Assembly: GCF_006345805.1 (NCBI RefSeq)
Contig: NC_042999.1
Span: 60,884,001 to 60,948,000 of the forward strand
Direction of reading: 5' to 3'
From: Octopus sinensis
Taxonomy: Eukaryota
DNA length: 64,000 bases
Shown one piece after another: positions 1-13,780 of the stretch (within the stretch, counting starts at the first letter, position 1; the number at the start of each line of letters is the position of its first letter). The position numbers and the translations under genes are program-made. The notes under the pieces are model-generated. The model made no database searches and was not told the DNA's origin. It saw only the letters and a list, made by a program, of their open reading frames with translations.

Positions 1-841
1 CATATTGAAAATAAGGAAAAAAAAAATGAACAGTGAAACGATATCTAGGTTAAAGATAAAGAATGTTTTAAAACTTTTGTCGGTGTATAAAATGTAAGGT
101 AAATTCTGAAACTTCAGATTTAGGAGAAAGTCTTAATTTTATGATAAATTACAGAATTGCACACCTCAGGTCAGAGCTTGTTTAAATAAACTAAGATATG
201 AATTACCAATACATACTTCGTTTACAGATTTATCGATTTTTTGTTGACACTAATTGTAGATGAAATTTAAATAGGAACTGAACGTTAGCAGAAACAATGT
301 ATTATAACCATACAAACTAACTTGTGCATCCACATCTTCAAAAGTAACTGAATCGCAATAATGTGGAAAATGAGGATCTAAAATAAAACCAGAGTTATGG
401 GCTAGATATAGGTGTTTCTAGATAAGTTAAATTGATACCATACACCAACTGCGTACAAATCATTGAATACACTAGCATCATAACAAGTGATCTACAACTT
501 GATTGCCAATGAGATGAAAATCATGTACCGTGAGAGATTTATGACTTAGATATGAATCAGATTTACTGTTTCCAAGATTTGCAAGGCGGATGTCAGGAAG
601 ATAGTGACGTCCACTGATATTCATGCTGGGGAATTCTAATTAGTCAATTACCTAGAGAATTAGGCGTATGTAAGTAATTATTGAGTCTATTATAGTTTAG
701 AACTCACTGGATCAGCTGGTGAATAACAAAAAAAATATTAGTAGTAAATAGGTCGCTATTAAAGAAAATGTTGGTCGTTGACGTTGAGCGGCATAAGTGG
801 GCATTTTTTTTCCAGGTAAAAATGGAAACAGTATTATGTTG

Positions 842-1568
842 AACTGGTAGAAATGTTAGGAAACCGGGCGAAATGCTTAGCGGTATTTCGTCTGCCGCTA
901 CGTTCTGAGTTCAAATTCCGCCGAGGTAGACTTTGCCTTTCATCCTTTCGGGGTCGATAAATAAGTATAATCGACTTAATCCGTTTGCCTGTCCTTGTTT
1001 GTTCCTTCTGTGTTTAGCCCCTTGTGGGTAGTAAAGAAATAGGTATTTCGTCTGCCGCTACGTTGTGAGTTCAAATTCCGCCGAGTTCGACTTTACCTTT
1101 CATCCTTTCGGGGTCGATTACGCACTAGGGTCGATATAATCAACTTAATCCGTTTGTCTGTCCTTGTTTGTTCCCTCTGTGTTTAGCCCCTTGTGGGTTG
1201 TAAAGAAATAGGTATTTCGTCTGCCGCTACGTTGTGAGTTCAAATTCCGCCGAGTTCGACTTTACCTTTCATCCTTTCGGGGTCGATTACGCACTAGGGT
1301 CGATATAATCAACTTAATCCGTTTGTCTGTCCTTGTTTGTTCCCTCTGTGTTTAGCCCCTTGTGGGTTGTAAAGAAATAGGTATTTCGTCTGCCGCTACG
1401 TTGTGAGTTCAAATTCAACCGAGGACGACTTTGCCTTTCATCCTTTCGGGGTCGATTAAATAAGTACCAGTTACGCACTGGGGTCGATATAATCGCCTTA
1501 ATCCGTTTATCTGTCCTTGTTTGTCTCCTCTGTGTTTAGTCCCTTGTGGGTAGTAAAGAAACAGGTAT
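842..1568 (+). mobile_element. tRNA-derived SINE (family A, Meta-domain-like core), head-to-tail tetramer
   Basis: A-box-like TGGTAGAAATGTTAG, B-box GAGTTCAAATTCC, core GCCTTTCATCCTTTCGGGGTCGATAAA..AGTACCAG. Repeat units start at 883, 1043, 1212 and 1381 with the junction AAAGAAATAG|GTATTTCG. Confidence 0.85.
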
Positions 1569-2144
1569 GTAACAACCAGTTGGTGAGTTTGGCAAAGAGT
1601 TAAATCTGCGTCCATATGTAGTCTTAGGATAAGCCGGTGGAAATGTTTTCCACCAGTGCTTTGTGTTTTATTAATAAATAGTAAGATGGCTTAAACGATG
1701 ATGTAAGCGGAATGGAAGACTCATATTATGAGGAATGAGAAAGTAAATTGTGTTAATAAAAGTGTAGAAAATGGGAAGATGGGTGTGGCGGATAGGCAAC
1801 TTATATTTCCTCGCACATACGTATGCATTTACAGATATGTATACAAACACACGTGTATACATGCACACACAAACACAGACGCAAACACACACACACACAC
1901 ATACACACACAAACACAGACACACACACATGCACAGACATATGCCTATGGAGCCGTATGTATGCACAGGTGTTGGACAAAATGATGGATAGACATAGCAT
2001 CATAATTTTAAATTACCTATAAAACCGTCAAAAGCTTGTCTATTGTTGTTTTTTGATATGTTATTAGTGTTGTTTTTTATGTTTGGCTAAAATTGCTGCT
2101 TCTTTTCAGATATCATCAGAAAAAGGAAATTAAATTTCTTTAAA

Positions 2145-2228
2145 ATGGCATATCTATTATACTTTCAACCAGGTCAAATTGTTGGTGCTCGTATGCCAGG
2201 TGCTAACGTAACGAAAACAGCCGAAATA
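2145..2228 (+). pseudogene. Tc1-like transposase N-terminal fragment
   Basis: MAYLLYFQPGQIVGARMPGANVTKTAEI resembles the Tc1 N-terminal HTH (L..F.RGQIVGAR..G.S...A); truncated before a (CA)n tract. Confidence 0.55.
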
Positions 2229-2303
2229 ACCAGCAGCACATATGTAGTTATATTCCTGAAGTTGTATACACACACTCACTCACACACACACACACACACA
2301 CAC

Positions 2304-2347
<44 letters not shown>

Positions 2348-2348
<1 letters not shown>

Positions 2349-2572
2349 TCTTTACTCTTTTACTCTTTTACTTGTTTCAGTCATTTGACTGCGGCCATGC
2401 TGGAGCACCGCCTTTAATCGAGCAACTCGACCCCGGAACTTATTCTTTTGTAAGCCCAGTACTTATTCTATCGGTCTCTTTTGCCGAACCGCTAAGTAAC
2501 AGGGACATAAACACACCAGCATCGGTTATCAAGCAATGCTAGGGGACAAACACAGACACACAAACACACTCA

Positions 2573-2624
<52 letters not shown>

Positions 2625-2778
2625 GACGGCTTCTTTCAGTTTCTGTCTACCAAATCCACTCACAAGGCTTTGGTCGGCTCGAGGCTATAGTAGAAGACAC
2701 TTGCCCAGGGTGCCACGCAGTGGGACTGAACCCGGAACCATGTGGTTGGTAGACAAGCTACTTACCACACAGCCACAC
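2348..2778 (-). mobile_element. tRNA-derived SINE (family B, CORE-like) with internal (TA)n microsatellite
   Basis: Minus strand head TGGCTGTGTGGTAAGTAGC..GGTTCAGTCCC, CORE-like CCCTGGGCAAGTGTC, internal (TA)n, tail GACTGAAACAAG(TAAAAGAG)n. About ten copies in the window. Confidence 0.85.
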
Positions 2779-3206
2779 GTATATAAATTAAATTAGAAAT
2801 AAAACCAACATTAGGCAAATCAAACAGTGAAAAACATAAAGCAAAACATAAAAATAAAAATAATCGATTTGCCTAATAGTGATTTAACTGTAATTTAATT
2901 TATATTTATACTGTGAAATTAGATTTAATCCTAAATCTAATTTTTCCCAGTAAGTTTGGATTTACTCCCTAATATTATTATTATATATACGTATATATAT
3001 TTTTTCTTCACTCGTTTATTACTGCTCTTATTTTATAATTTTTACTCATGTCCATTGTCCGGAATTCTTTCGTCACATATCTGTGACACCTTTTGCGACA
3101 GTTTTCTTATTCCTGTGTCTTCTTGCTCTACTTACTCCATTTTGTTCTTCTAAGGTGTGTATCCTTACGTGCGCATGCGTTTGTGCCCTAGTTTGTGTGT
3201 GTGTTT

Positions 3207-3237
<31 letters not shown>

Positions 3238-3735
3238 GCTTTTGTGTGTGTGTGTGTGTGTGTGGCATAGTGTTTTTAGCAACAGTGTGGCCTTCCTCTC
3301 AGCAGCCCTGTCTTCATACCCCATGGTGCAGCTGCTGTACTAACATCCGAAAAGCATGGTACACTTCCGGTATTCTGTGTATGCGTGTTCGCCCACGGTT
3401 ACTCCAACATGGTAGTTGTTGTTGTTGTTATTATCATCCTTCTCACCGCCGCTGCTGCTGTCGTTGTTAATCATGATATTGACATTGATGTGGCTGTCCG
3501 TGAAATTTCATGAGTGTGTGTATGGGTTCGATTTTGTGTATTGTATCTATCCGCGGTCTTTATATATAGTCATTCATTTATTCTATCTACCTCCATATCT
3601 TATATCTATACCGGGTATAATACAAATATATCTATATATTTGTTTCTTTATTTATTCATCTACTTATTTATTTTTATGCATCTACCTCTATTTCTCATAA
3701 ATATCACAAGTAAGCGCATGTAGGTGTAACACAAA

Positions 3736-3772
<37 letters not shown>

Positions 3773-5147
3773 GCATACATATATATACACACAATTATAC
3801 ATACCTGTATATGTATGCGTATGTATACCTATCTATTTATCATGATATTTAAATTTATGTATGTATGTATGCATCTATCATGATATTATCATGATATTTA
3901 AATTTTTATTTAAATATACATACATACATTTACACACAATTATACATACCTGTACTTGTATGTATATTTGTATGTGCATGTATACCTATCTATTTATCTA
4001 TATATATATGTGTGTGTGACTGAGCGTGCATGAGTGTATCAGTGTGAGGACAGAAAGTGAGAGAGATAAAGAGAGACAGAAACAGAGAGAGAGAGAGGAG
4101 GAGGAGGAGGAGGAGGAGGGAATTGTCACACAGGTAGATAGAGAGATCGAAAGTAGACATTGTTCCGAACTTTTAGCAGAAAAAAACACAGAATTGATTG
4201 AAAAACCTTTAAAAACATTCCATAGAGGTCCAGGCGAACGATGTTAATTACTCGCCTCCCCCAAATATTTGTAACCATGTGCCAATCTTTGGAAAATATC
4301 ACATTTAAGAAGGCATCATCAACATCATCGACATCATCATCAAAATTATCATCCACTCCTACCATAATAATAATTATTATCATCATTACTATTTCTCATG
4401 TTCTCGTGATTTTGAAAATATATTTAATCAACCTGATATATTTAATCAGATAATATAATTTTCTACACAAAAGTTTTATATTTCTCATATTTTTTATTAC
4501 ATATTTCCGTCGAGATCTTCTGTAATGTGATAAGATAAATTTTGCAATATCTTCTTTTTTTTTCATTCTATTTGTTGGCAAGTTATGAGGCCAAGAATGA
4601 TATAGAAGAAGAACGGAGATGTTTTGACGTATATGTCACTTACATGAACAACGAAGGCGTTATATTGTTTTAATTATATTTCTAAAATAATGCAACTAAT
4701 ATCCTTACAGCATTAATTACACATTCCGGCTTGCTAATGATTAGAACAAAATTTAAATTTTAAGCGAAAAATAAAGACGATGGAAGAAATAACGCCTCTG
4801 AAGCTATTCTTTGCTGCGTCAATGAATAAATAAATAACACAAATAATAGGCATACAAAATAATTTCTCATAAAAGGTTTGTTATTTATTTTTTGTTGTCT
4901 TCGTTTCTGATTTTTCCTTTTTTTTTTACTGCAATTTTAAAATATGGGTCAGATGCTGATTTAAAAGTAAGTGTAAACTAGGTGAACATTCTGAAAAATA
5001 TTGGATTCTGTGTTTCCTTGGAAACCGATTATATTGTAGAATATGCCATCCTCCATGTGTACATGAATTTATTAATATGTGATGTGTGTATGCGGAGTTT
5101 ATCTGCATTCATCTATCTTTATACCTATGCATGGATGTATACATACA

Positions 5148-5179
<32 letters not shown>

Positions 5180-5262
5180 CATACATACATATATATATAT
5201 ATATTTATACATATATATATGTATATATATATATATGTGTGTGTGTGTATGTGTGTGTATAC

Positions 5263-5293
<31 letters not shown>

Positions 5294-5400
5294 TAGTTTG
5301 ATAGATAATTGGATACATACATACATACATATATACATATATATACACACACATATGTATATATATTTTATTAATAAAGTTGCAAAGACATCACCAAAAC

Positions 5401-5433
5401 TGTTACTCAGAGTTTCACGTTCCCGTTCATCGG

Positions 5434-5436
<3 letters not shown>
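5401..5436 (-). ncRNA. Minimal type I hammerhead ribozyme motif (PLE pLTR fragment in (TA)n)
   Basis: RNA UGU-CCGAUGA-ACG GGAA CGU-GAA-ACUC U GAGU-A-ACA: stems I, II and palindromic III; GUA cleavage triplet; U4C core variant. Confidence 0.7.
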
Positions 5437-5471
<35 letters not shown>

Positions 5472-5473
<2 letters not shown>

Positions 5474-5632
5474 GGTCCCGGGTTGAGTCGGGGTTAACCA
5501 CAGTAAATAAGGTACTCAATACATTGCAGAGTAAATTAATTTATTTTATAGAAGGAGCTTCTACATGACTAGAACTGTTTCATTTGAATGAAACAGTTCT
5601 AGTCCTGTAGAAGCTCCTTCTATAAAATAAAT
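5472..5632. repeat. Short insert with near-perfect palindrome (PLE-like inverted pLTR fragment) between (TA)n tracts
   Basis: ATTTATTTTATAGAAGGAGCTTCTACATGACTAGAACTGTTTCATT is followed directly by its reverse complement (one mismatch); both arms begin just before a GAAAC motif. Confidence 0.75.
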
Positions 5633-5641
5633 ATATATATA

Positions 5642-5672
<31 letters not shown>

Positions 5673-6059
5673 CATACATACATTCATACATACGTTCATG
5701 TAAGTATGTGTGGCGGGGAGACATATATATATATATATATATGTGAGTGTGAGCGAATATAGGTTTTCAGTAGTAACTTTTCTGCTATTTCCAAATATTC
5801 CCGAGAAGAAATAGTTGAAAAAATATTTAGGAAAGGAAAGATCTGAGAGAGGAAGGGAAAGATCTGATTCCAAAAATAGTAAACGTCAGTTAGGGCTTAT
5901 ACATTCATCAAATTCCGCTTGTTATATGTTATATAATTATACATTCAATCTTCGTCTTAACGGGTCGCTTTCTTTTCCTAGGGTAGGACACTGGATGTTT
6001 CAGAATTACCGATTAGGCATACGTGAAACTACACGCATATGTTTGCCATTACGCATCTT

Positions 6060-6675
6060 ACTTCTTTATTGCCCATAAGGAGCTAAACATAGAGGGGACA
6101 AACAAGCACAGACAAAGGGATTAAGTCGATTACATCGATCCCAGTGCGTAACTGGTACTTAATTCATCGACCCCGAAAGGATGAAAGGCAAAGGCGACCT
6201 CGGTGGTATTTGAAATCAGAACGTAAAGACAGACGAAATACCGCTAAGCATTTCGCCCGACGCGCTAATGATTCTTATTTTTTTATTTCCCACAAGGGGC
6301 TAAAGACAGAGGGAACGAACAAGCAGAGACAAACAGATTATGTCGATTACATCGACTCCAGGGCGTAACTGGTACTTAATTTATCGACCCTGAAAGGATG
6401 AAAGGCAAAGGCGACATCGGCGGAATTTGAACTCAAAACGTAACGGCAAGAGAAATATCTATTTCTTGACTACCCACAAGGGGCTAAACACAGAGAGGAC
6501 AAACAGATTAAGTCGATTATATCGACCCCAGTGCGTAACTGGTACTTATTTAATCGACTCCGAAAGGATGAAAGGCAAAGTCGACCTTGGCGGATTGGAA
6601 CTCAGAACGTAACGGCAGACGAAATACCGCTGAGCATTTCGCCCGGTGTGCTAACGATTCAGCTAGCTCGCCGCC
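6060..6675 (-). mobile_element. SINE family A trimer
   Basis: Three reverse-complement copies of the 842-1568 unit; imperfect flanking duplication TTTGCCATTACGCATCT / TTTGTTATTATGCATCT. Confidence 0.85.
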
Positions 6676-7789
6676 TTTTGTTATTATGCATCTGTAGTGC
6701 ATTGCTATGTATTTTTGTATGTATGTATGTATGTATGTATGTATGTATGTATGTATGTATGTATGTATGTATGTATGTATGTATGTATAAGCAGAACAAT
6801 GAATTTTTCTCTTTTATAAACACGACTCAGGCAGTAATTATAATCTTTAAACATGTGTATGGAGATAGGTACATAACAACATGTACATACTTGAAATACA
6901 GTCATGCTCATTAACAGACACAGACATGTACTCACGCACACGTAAGCATCTGCATACATTGAGGGTGCATACGTATACAAACGTATACACTCACCAATAT
7001 ACATTCACAGACGTACACATATTTAGTGGAAGTAAACTCATCTTCCTATACGGCCACATCTAAGAGAGCTGCGACAATGAAGGAATCAGCTACGCGAGCG
7101 ATCGATGTACTGCGACTACGACGATTTCTGGTACACATTCCGCTTTTTCTCAGGTTTGCTGAAACTAAAGAATTGGTGGGGTTCACTGTCTCAGGCGCTT
7201 GTAACACACCAACCACCTCAAGGATTACGATCCGTTATGAAACGACTGGTTCTTTTTTGTTTTGTGGTTCTAAGATATTGAGACCAATGAATATCTTAGG
7301 ACCAGAAAAAGAAAATGAAAATGAAGATATAGATTGAAAGGTTTTGTGTCCTGTACACGAACAACGCTCAATAGTAGGACCTTCTTTGTTGACGACTGCC
7401 AGAAAAGGCGTCGATCTGAAAAGGCCAAAATACTAAAGATTCCTATAGAACCAGAACCGAAGATTATTATCTTCGAAAACCCATACCACTCGCATTCACA
7501 CAGCATTTCTATATTCTGCTATATTACTGGCAGTTATTAAAAGAACCTTCATATTATTTGTGTCCCGCTATCAATTCTAAATATTTCCAAACATCATATT
7601 AATCGAAATCTGATGAAGGTCACTCATCTCTATGTGTTTCTGATGTTAGATTTGGAATATGTAAAATGCAAGAATTCCTACCACAATCTTCTGTGTATCA
7701 CAGAAATGTCATGATGTAAAGTGCAAAGAGGGAAGCAGATAATGCTCATCCGTGGAAAGAAAAACCTACGGAAAAGACCACGGTAACCT

Positions 7790-8810
7790 TGATCAATAAT
7801 GTTACACGTTACCACATTTGTTTGCAAAAAGGTAACCCTCTGTTTTAAATTTTTCTGGGCTCATAAGATTATGCTCAAGGTGGCTTCGTCATTCATACAT
7901 GCCAGCCTTGCTACATTCACCCATCTTTTTTTGAAACATTCTCAAGACAAAATACTTGCCTCTCTACTCTCACTTTCCTTTTCAAGTGATACTTGAAGAA
8001 GTTGGTGAGAGATTGACCAGAGAGGAAATTGTTTGTCTCCAATCCTTGATACATTCTTTCGCCATAGCCACAAGAATGATGAAAATAGCTCTTCCTTCTC
8101 GTTTGAAAGAAGGAGGCGTGACAATATTGACGATAGACTTGGCTGATAAACCGACTCGTCCCACACGTGACAGCAGTCGTTCGACATAAGCCCACAGGTC
8201 GGAAATTGTTGAAAACTGCACGAGTGTGTGCAGAACGGTTTCGTCGCTCTGACCGCATCTCGGGTAGGTCGGCCCCGTGTTTCTCGAGCCGTGTCTGTAG
8301 AGCTTACCCCGAACGGGTAGCGCTTCTCGGTAGCACTGCCAGGCCAGGGATCTCTGGAAGTTGTCCATTGGCCCCTGCCCGAAAGTCGTCCTGAACGGGT
8401 GGGTCAAGTATTCCTCGTCGACATCCAGGTTCGCCCCGAGATCGTCGTCGTACCTCCCCTCCACTAATCCTCTATAGAATGCTTTGGTTGTGTTGAAGTC
8501 ACTCAAGGTCGACTCGGGACGGCATAGTTGCTTGAGAGCAACGCGACACTCGCGGTGCCATTCGCCCTTCCTCGGCCTCTTTTTGATCCACGAATGCAGG
8601 TCGGTCATGGAGACGAGTTGCGGGAAAGCGTGCCTCACAAACGGCGTTCACACCTGTTCACCGTCGTCTACGTAGAGCCTGAGATGTCGTAGTCTCAGCG
8701 CGTGTCTGCGCATCATCAACCACGGCATACCCAGTCGTATTTTTAATGGGTGTTGACAGCAAATGGATCGTCTGACCACAGTACTTATCGTAAAGGGTCT
8801 CCTTTCACCA
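7790..8810 (-). mobile_element. Tx1/L1-clade LINE, 3' part of ORF2 (degenerate)
   Basis: LGMPWLMMRRHALRLRHL and LAWQCYREALPVRGKL..PRCGQSDETVLH (C-terminal zinc-knuckle region of L1/Tx1 ORF2); frameshifted. Confidence 0.75.
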
Positions 8811-8814
8811 AGCT

Positions 8815-9070
8815 TCTAAGGAGGCGTAAACAATTCAACGTCGATCGTCAAGTGATTTTGGGGGACAAACACAAACACAGATACGCACGTATTTATTCAC
8901 GCACACACACACACACACGTGTGGTTATTTCAGATTTCATATACCAAACCAGCTTACAAGGCTTTGATCACCCCATGGCTTTTATAGAAAACCGTTGCCC
9001 AAGGTGTCCTGCAGTGGCGGTGAACCTAAAACTATGTGGTTGAGATGCAAACTTCTTACCACAAAGCTAC
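8815..9070 (-). mobile_element. Degraded SINE family B copy
   Basis: GGGGACAAACACAAACACA..CAAGGCTTTG..TTGCCCAAGGTG..CTTACCACA, matching 2348-2778. Confidence 0.65.
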
Positions 9071-9539
9071 CCTTTTACGGATTTGAAATAAATATAAACG
9101 AAACGACTCAATCACAAGCATGGAATGTTCGGGATAATTACTAATGCTGCATATTTGTATTGGAAAGAATTTACTTTGAAGACTAATGAAATATAATATC
9201 TGTCTTTAGAAAATTGAGCTTCTGTAATTTCAAGATAATTCTGATTACTATTGGTGATAAACAAATCCATTGACGCCGATAAATTCTGCATTTTGAAATG
9301 ATGTCAAGTAAGAAAACCGCGCTATATCTAGGTCCTCATTTGTTCTCTTAAGTTGCTAATGAGCCTGCTTTGATTGCTGGAGACGTTTTTAAGAGATAAT
9401 CGGAAATTTATAACATTTATTTACATCAGATACACATCTAAGCAATTACAAGTATGTAACGACTGTAGAATTGGAAATTGTAGATATATATACATACAAT
9501 GATGCACTCCTAAGAAACAGTCAGAGGCTTTACTATCAT

Positions 9540-9890
<351 letters not shown>

Positions 9891-10990
9891 AAAACTGATT
9901 CCTCATCCTTATACCGCAAACACCACACACAAATATTCAACAACCAACAGCAACGAAAACAACAACACAACCACTTACACAGACATACATAGAAGCCTAC
10001 AACATACCCCTACCCCCTTCTGATTCTCCAGAAATTTCGTCGGAAGACGAAACCAGTGAGGAATGGCAAATAGCTAGAAGAGGAAGGAAAAAAAGCAGAA
10101 AAACAACCAAACCAAATGCAAACATACAAAGCAGGGGGATATACATCTCCAGAAGACATTTGGAAACCCACCACAAGCAACAGCCACACCAACACCACAA
10201 AAATATATTCAACAAACATGCTCACATCTATAGACACCAAAAACACAATTTTGATGGAATACATCAAATCAAAAACAAACATAACAGAAGATGACATAAA
10301 AACAAACAATTACCCATTCACAACACCACCGGATCACATCAAAATACTACATATCCCCAGAAGTCTGCACAACACACTAACATGCATTTTCCCCGGTGCG
10401 TTTTGTAAATGCCAAAAATACCTCACGAAGAAGCTTTACTGCGATCTCCTCGAGGACAAACCAAAGGAGGAGAAAGCAAAAACTTTCGAGCAGTAAGTAA
10501 CCCTCTGTTCCTTTTGCTTGTATTTTAATTCACTAGGATTATGATCAAGCTTGGTTGTGTAAATGCGCGTGGTGTCCCCTTGGAAACAAGGGTACCTCTT
10601 AAATAACATAAAGTCACACAAGTTAGAAATCATAGCCATAAGTGAGACCAGACTCTACAATCCCCGGGCCCTAAAGACCATGTTTGGCAGACAGTTCAAC
10701 ATTTATTTTCCCCACTGTCTGCCGAGAATGGGCGGTAGTGGCATCGAGGTACTATTTCGCAAGAGTCTTGATCTCAGAGTAAAGACAGTATTCGTAGACC
10801 CGGAGGGTAGAATGTTCGTCCTGGATGTCGACGGCAGCAACGGGTGAGCTTTTCGACTCGTTTCAGTCTACGCACCGCCTTTAACAGGTCGGGCGGATTT
10901 CTTTCGACGTCTAGAAATATTCCTGGGAGCGTATCGTCCTTTACTCTTAGTGGGGGATTGGACACGCATGTAGACTACGTCGGCAGATAT
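9891..10990 (+). mobile_element. Tx1/L1-clade LINE 5' part: ORF1 remnant and AP-endonuclease domain
   Basis: MIKLGCVNARG, KLEIIAISETRL, GIEVLFRK, DPEGR, FRLVSVYAP, LLLVGDW are APE motifs; frameshifted and truncated at the mariner insertion. Confidence 0.8.
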
Positions 10991-10998
10991 AGCTAATA

Positions 10999-11523
10999 TT
11001 TGGTTGTTCGGAAAGTTCGTGCCGATTTATAGTAACTGACATTTCGTCTTATTTTAGGACATGGTTGAGTCCATAAAATAGGATTTGACTACACCTCCCT
11101 TTAGAGCACAGTTTAAGCTATCTTTTCTGTAACCCTTTAAAATGGAAGATAAGAAAGTTCATTTTCGGCAGTTGATGCTTTGGGAACCAGACAAAAATTG
11201 CTGCAGCTCGGCTGGGATGTGTTACCCACCCTCCATATTCACCAGATATTGCTCCTTCGGATTTCCACCTATTCAGGTCTCTGCAGAATTGTCTTAAGAG
11301 TAAAAATTTCAATTCCTTGGATGACGTAAAAAGATACGTTGATGAATTCTTTGCCATGAAACAACCTCAATTCTGGGAAGAGGGTATTTTCAAGTTAAAG
11401 GATGGATGGAGACGCATTGTGTAGCAAAATGTTTCATATTTGATTGATTAAAAGTATAATGGCAAGTATTTATTGAGTTTTTCTTTCCTTTAAAAATCGG
11501 CACGAACTTTCCGGACAACCCAA
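10999..11523 (+). mobile_element. Internally deleted mariner element
   Basis: TIRs TTTGGTTGTTCGGAAAGTTCGTGCCGATTT / AAATCGGCACGAACTTTCCGGACAACCCAA, TA flanks, internal HPPYSPDIAPSDFHLFRSLQN. Confidence 0.9.
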
Positions 11524-11881
11524 TACCAATACAGTTAATAGAATGGTGAGAATAAGCCATTGATGAGACAATAAAATACTGTATAATATATATATATATA
11601 TATATGCCTCGGCGACAGAGTAATGGATCGCTGATGATGTTTGTTTAAATTTGAAATCAGCGAAGATTCCATCTCGCTTATCGAAGGGAGCGAGCTTGTC
11701 TCCCTCGACAACTATTAGAAAAGTGCTCTTACGTTGCTAAGAGTTATTTTGATTCTTATTTCTAGCAATGCTGGTGCTTTCTAACATCCTCTGTCACTTT
11801 AGTGACAACTGTACCTGTTCCCTATCAGTTCGAAATTGCAAACAGCCACCTTAATAATGTATATATTTATGTGTGTTCACA

Positions 11882-11912
<31 letters not shown>

Positions 11913-11913
<1 letters not shown>

Positions 11914-12066
11914 CTCAAAATAAGCAATAAATATATCCAAGGTAGTTATTTGTTGCTTATTTTGATTATAATCACCCCATATGATTTATATGGATAATAC
12001 CATACTAAATTTTGTTGCCTTTAACTTAAGTACCATATTCATCTGAATCTAAATTTTGCTGAACTT
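11913..12066 (+). repeat. Short (TA)n-embedded insert with terminal inverted arm; second copy at 40741-40921 (opposite strand)
   Basis: CAAAATAAGCAA..TTGCTTATTTTG hairpin; AATCACCCCAT.TGATTTATATGGATAATACCATAC..GTACCATATTCATCTGAATCTAAATTTTGC is shared with the reverse complement of 40741-40850. Confidence 0.7.
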
Positions 12067-12084
12067 ATATATATATATATATAT

Positions 12085-12235
12085 ACTTTATTTAAAGCAG
12101 CAGAAAATTCAACAAAACCTGTTACTCTGAGTTTCCCGTTGTCTTTCTGCTGCTTTAAATAAAGCATATTATTCTACCACTGGTATTTGAGTACTCTTTT
12201 TTCCACCTTGTTTCACATTTATGTGTTTACTCCGG
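12085..12235. repeat. Asymmetric inverted pLTR fragment related to the 5371-5436 hammerhead element
   Basis: TTTATTTAAAGCAGCAGAAA / TTTCTGCTGCTTTAAATAAA arms flank GTTACTCTGAGTTTCCCGTT (antisense partial hammerhead); (TA)n on both sides. Confidence 0.7.
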
Positions 12236-12260
12236 TATATATATATATAATATATATATA

Positions 12261-12329
<69 letters not shown>

Positions 12330-13489
12330 ATGTATGTATGTATGTATGTATGTATGTATGTATGTATGTATGTATGTATAAATAGAAACTAACTTATTCT
12401 TTTCATATGAAATATAAAGTTGATGCTTACCTTAACATAGATAGTGCACTAAATCTAAAGTCGTAGCACTAGGGTGATTGGAAAAGTTCAAATCATAGCT
12501 GGTATGTATTGTAGGACATTTCGAAACTTTAAAAAATATATATATACACAATAAACTATATAGATGTTATTAAATAAATAAACTGTAGGAATGACAAAAC
12601 AAACACATTTCTTTGTCTTAAACACAGAAAAAGGATGTTTGTATAGGTTGAAGTTGCTGATCCATGGATAAGAAATATTAAAAGCGAATAGTCGTCAAGT
12701 AGTTTTCGGGAGCATTTTACCTGGCCGCGTGGTAGGTGTGGTAGTCGGGCATGTGATTGGCCACGTGGTTGGTTGTATAGCTGATGACGTCCAATCATAT
12801 TGATTGATAGTTTAGTTTTAGAAATAGTCATGTGCTTGTACTGTTATCAGTTACATCCTTGTTTTTTTTTTATTTTGTCTTATATTTTATTTTTTTTTGC
12901 AAAACACTATCAGCAGGTAGCTCGGCCTTAGGCTAATCACCGAGAGTTGGCAGTGCTGTTGATGACATTCATTCCATTTGACAGGTATCAGCGGGCGGTT
13001 ATTCACGTTGAGAAACCACGTGGTTCGAAGTGCTTCTAATGACGTTCTCTCTTATAACTGGCAGAAGTTTTGTATACAAATTTAATATCCTGGGGCAAAC
13101 GGTTTTTTGTATAAGGTGACTTCGTTAGATTTTTGCACAATATGCAGGGAAATTCCATAAACAGGACATATATGTGTGATAGGTATTTATGTATATGTAT
13201 GTCTGTCTGTCGGTCTGTCTGTCTGTTTGTATGTATGTATGGATGTATGTGCATATATATGTGTGTTTATGCGTGAGTATATGCGTGTGTCTTTGTAAGT
13301 TGAGGTGAGGAGCATGTATGTAAATGGTAGATGGCGTTGTAAAAAGATAACAAACCATGAGTTTATTTATATTGCAATGCTTTTTTACGCGTACTAACAA
13401 GCCTGGTGGTTGTAAAAAAAGGTGAAATTGCTAAGAATGACTACAAGTAGCCGTATTTGCATACACACACTCACATGTATAATACATAC

Positions 13490-13510
<21 letters not shown>

Positions 13511-13524
<14 letters not shown>

Positions 13525-13581
13525 CCAAAGTGTAAGTACGTATCTCTCTTTCTCTCTCTCTTTCTATATATATATATATAT

Positions 13582-13616
<35 letters not shown>

Positions 13617-13670
13617 AGAGAGAGAGAAAGAGAGATACGTACTTACACTTTGGTCTCTCTCTCCTCTCTC
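13511..13670. repeat. Foldback inverted duplication centred on a (TA)n tract
   Basis: GAGAGACCAAAGTGTAAGTACGTATCTCTCTTTCTCTCTCTCTTTC-(TA)n-its reverse complement. Confidence 0.9.
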
Positions 13671-13780
13671 TATATATATATATATTTATAAATAAGGATA
13701 AGATCGTTCATTTAAATATCGATCTTATCAAGTAGCCAGCATGGGAATAAAAACCTTCAAAGGTAATAATTATTATTAAA

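Noticed and set aside
883-1568. Regularly spaced repeats resembling a CRISPR array
   Set aside because: Units are whole 160-184 bp SINE bodies without unique spacers; eukaryotic context; no cas genes.
11615-11680. CTGATGA..GAAATC hammerhead-like spacing
   Set aside because: Stems I and II are not correctly registered, and CGCTGAT pairs better with ATCAGCG, sequestering the core.
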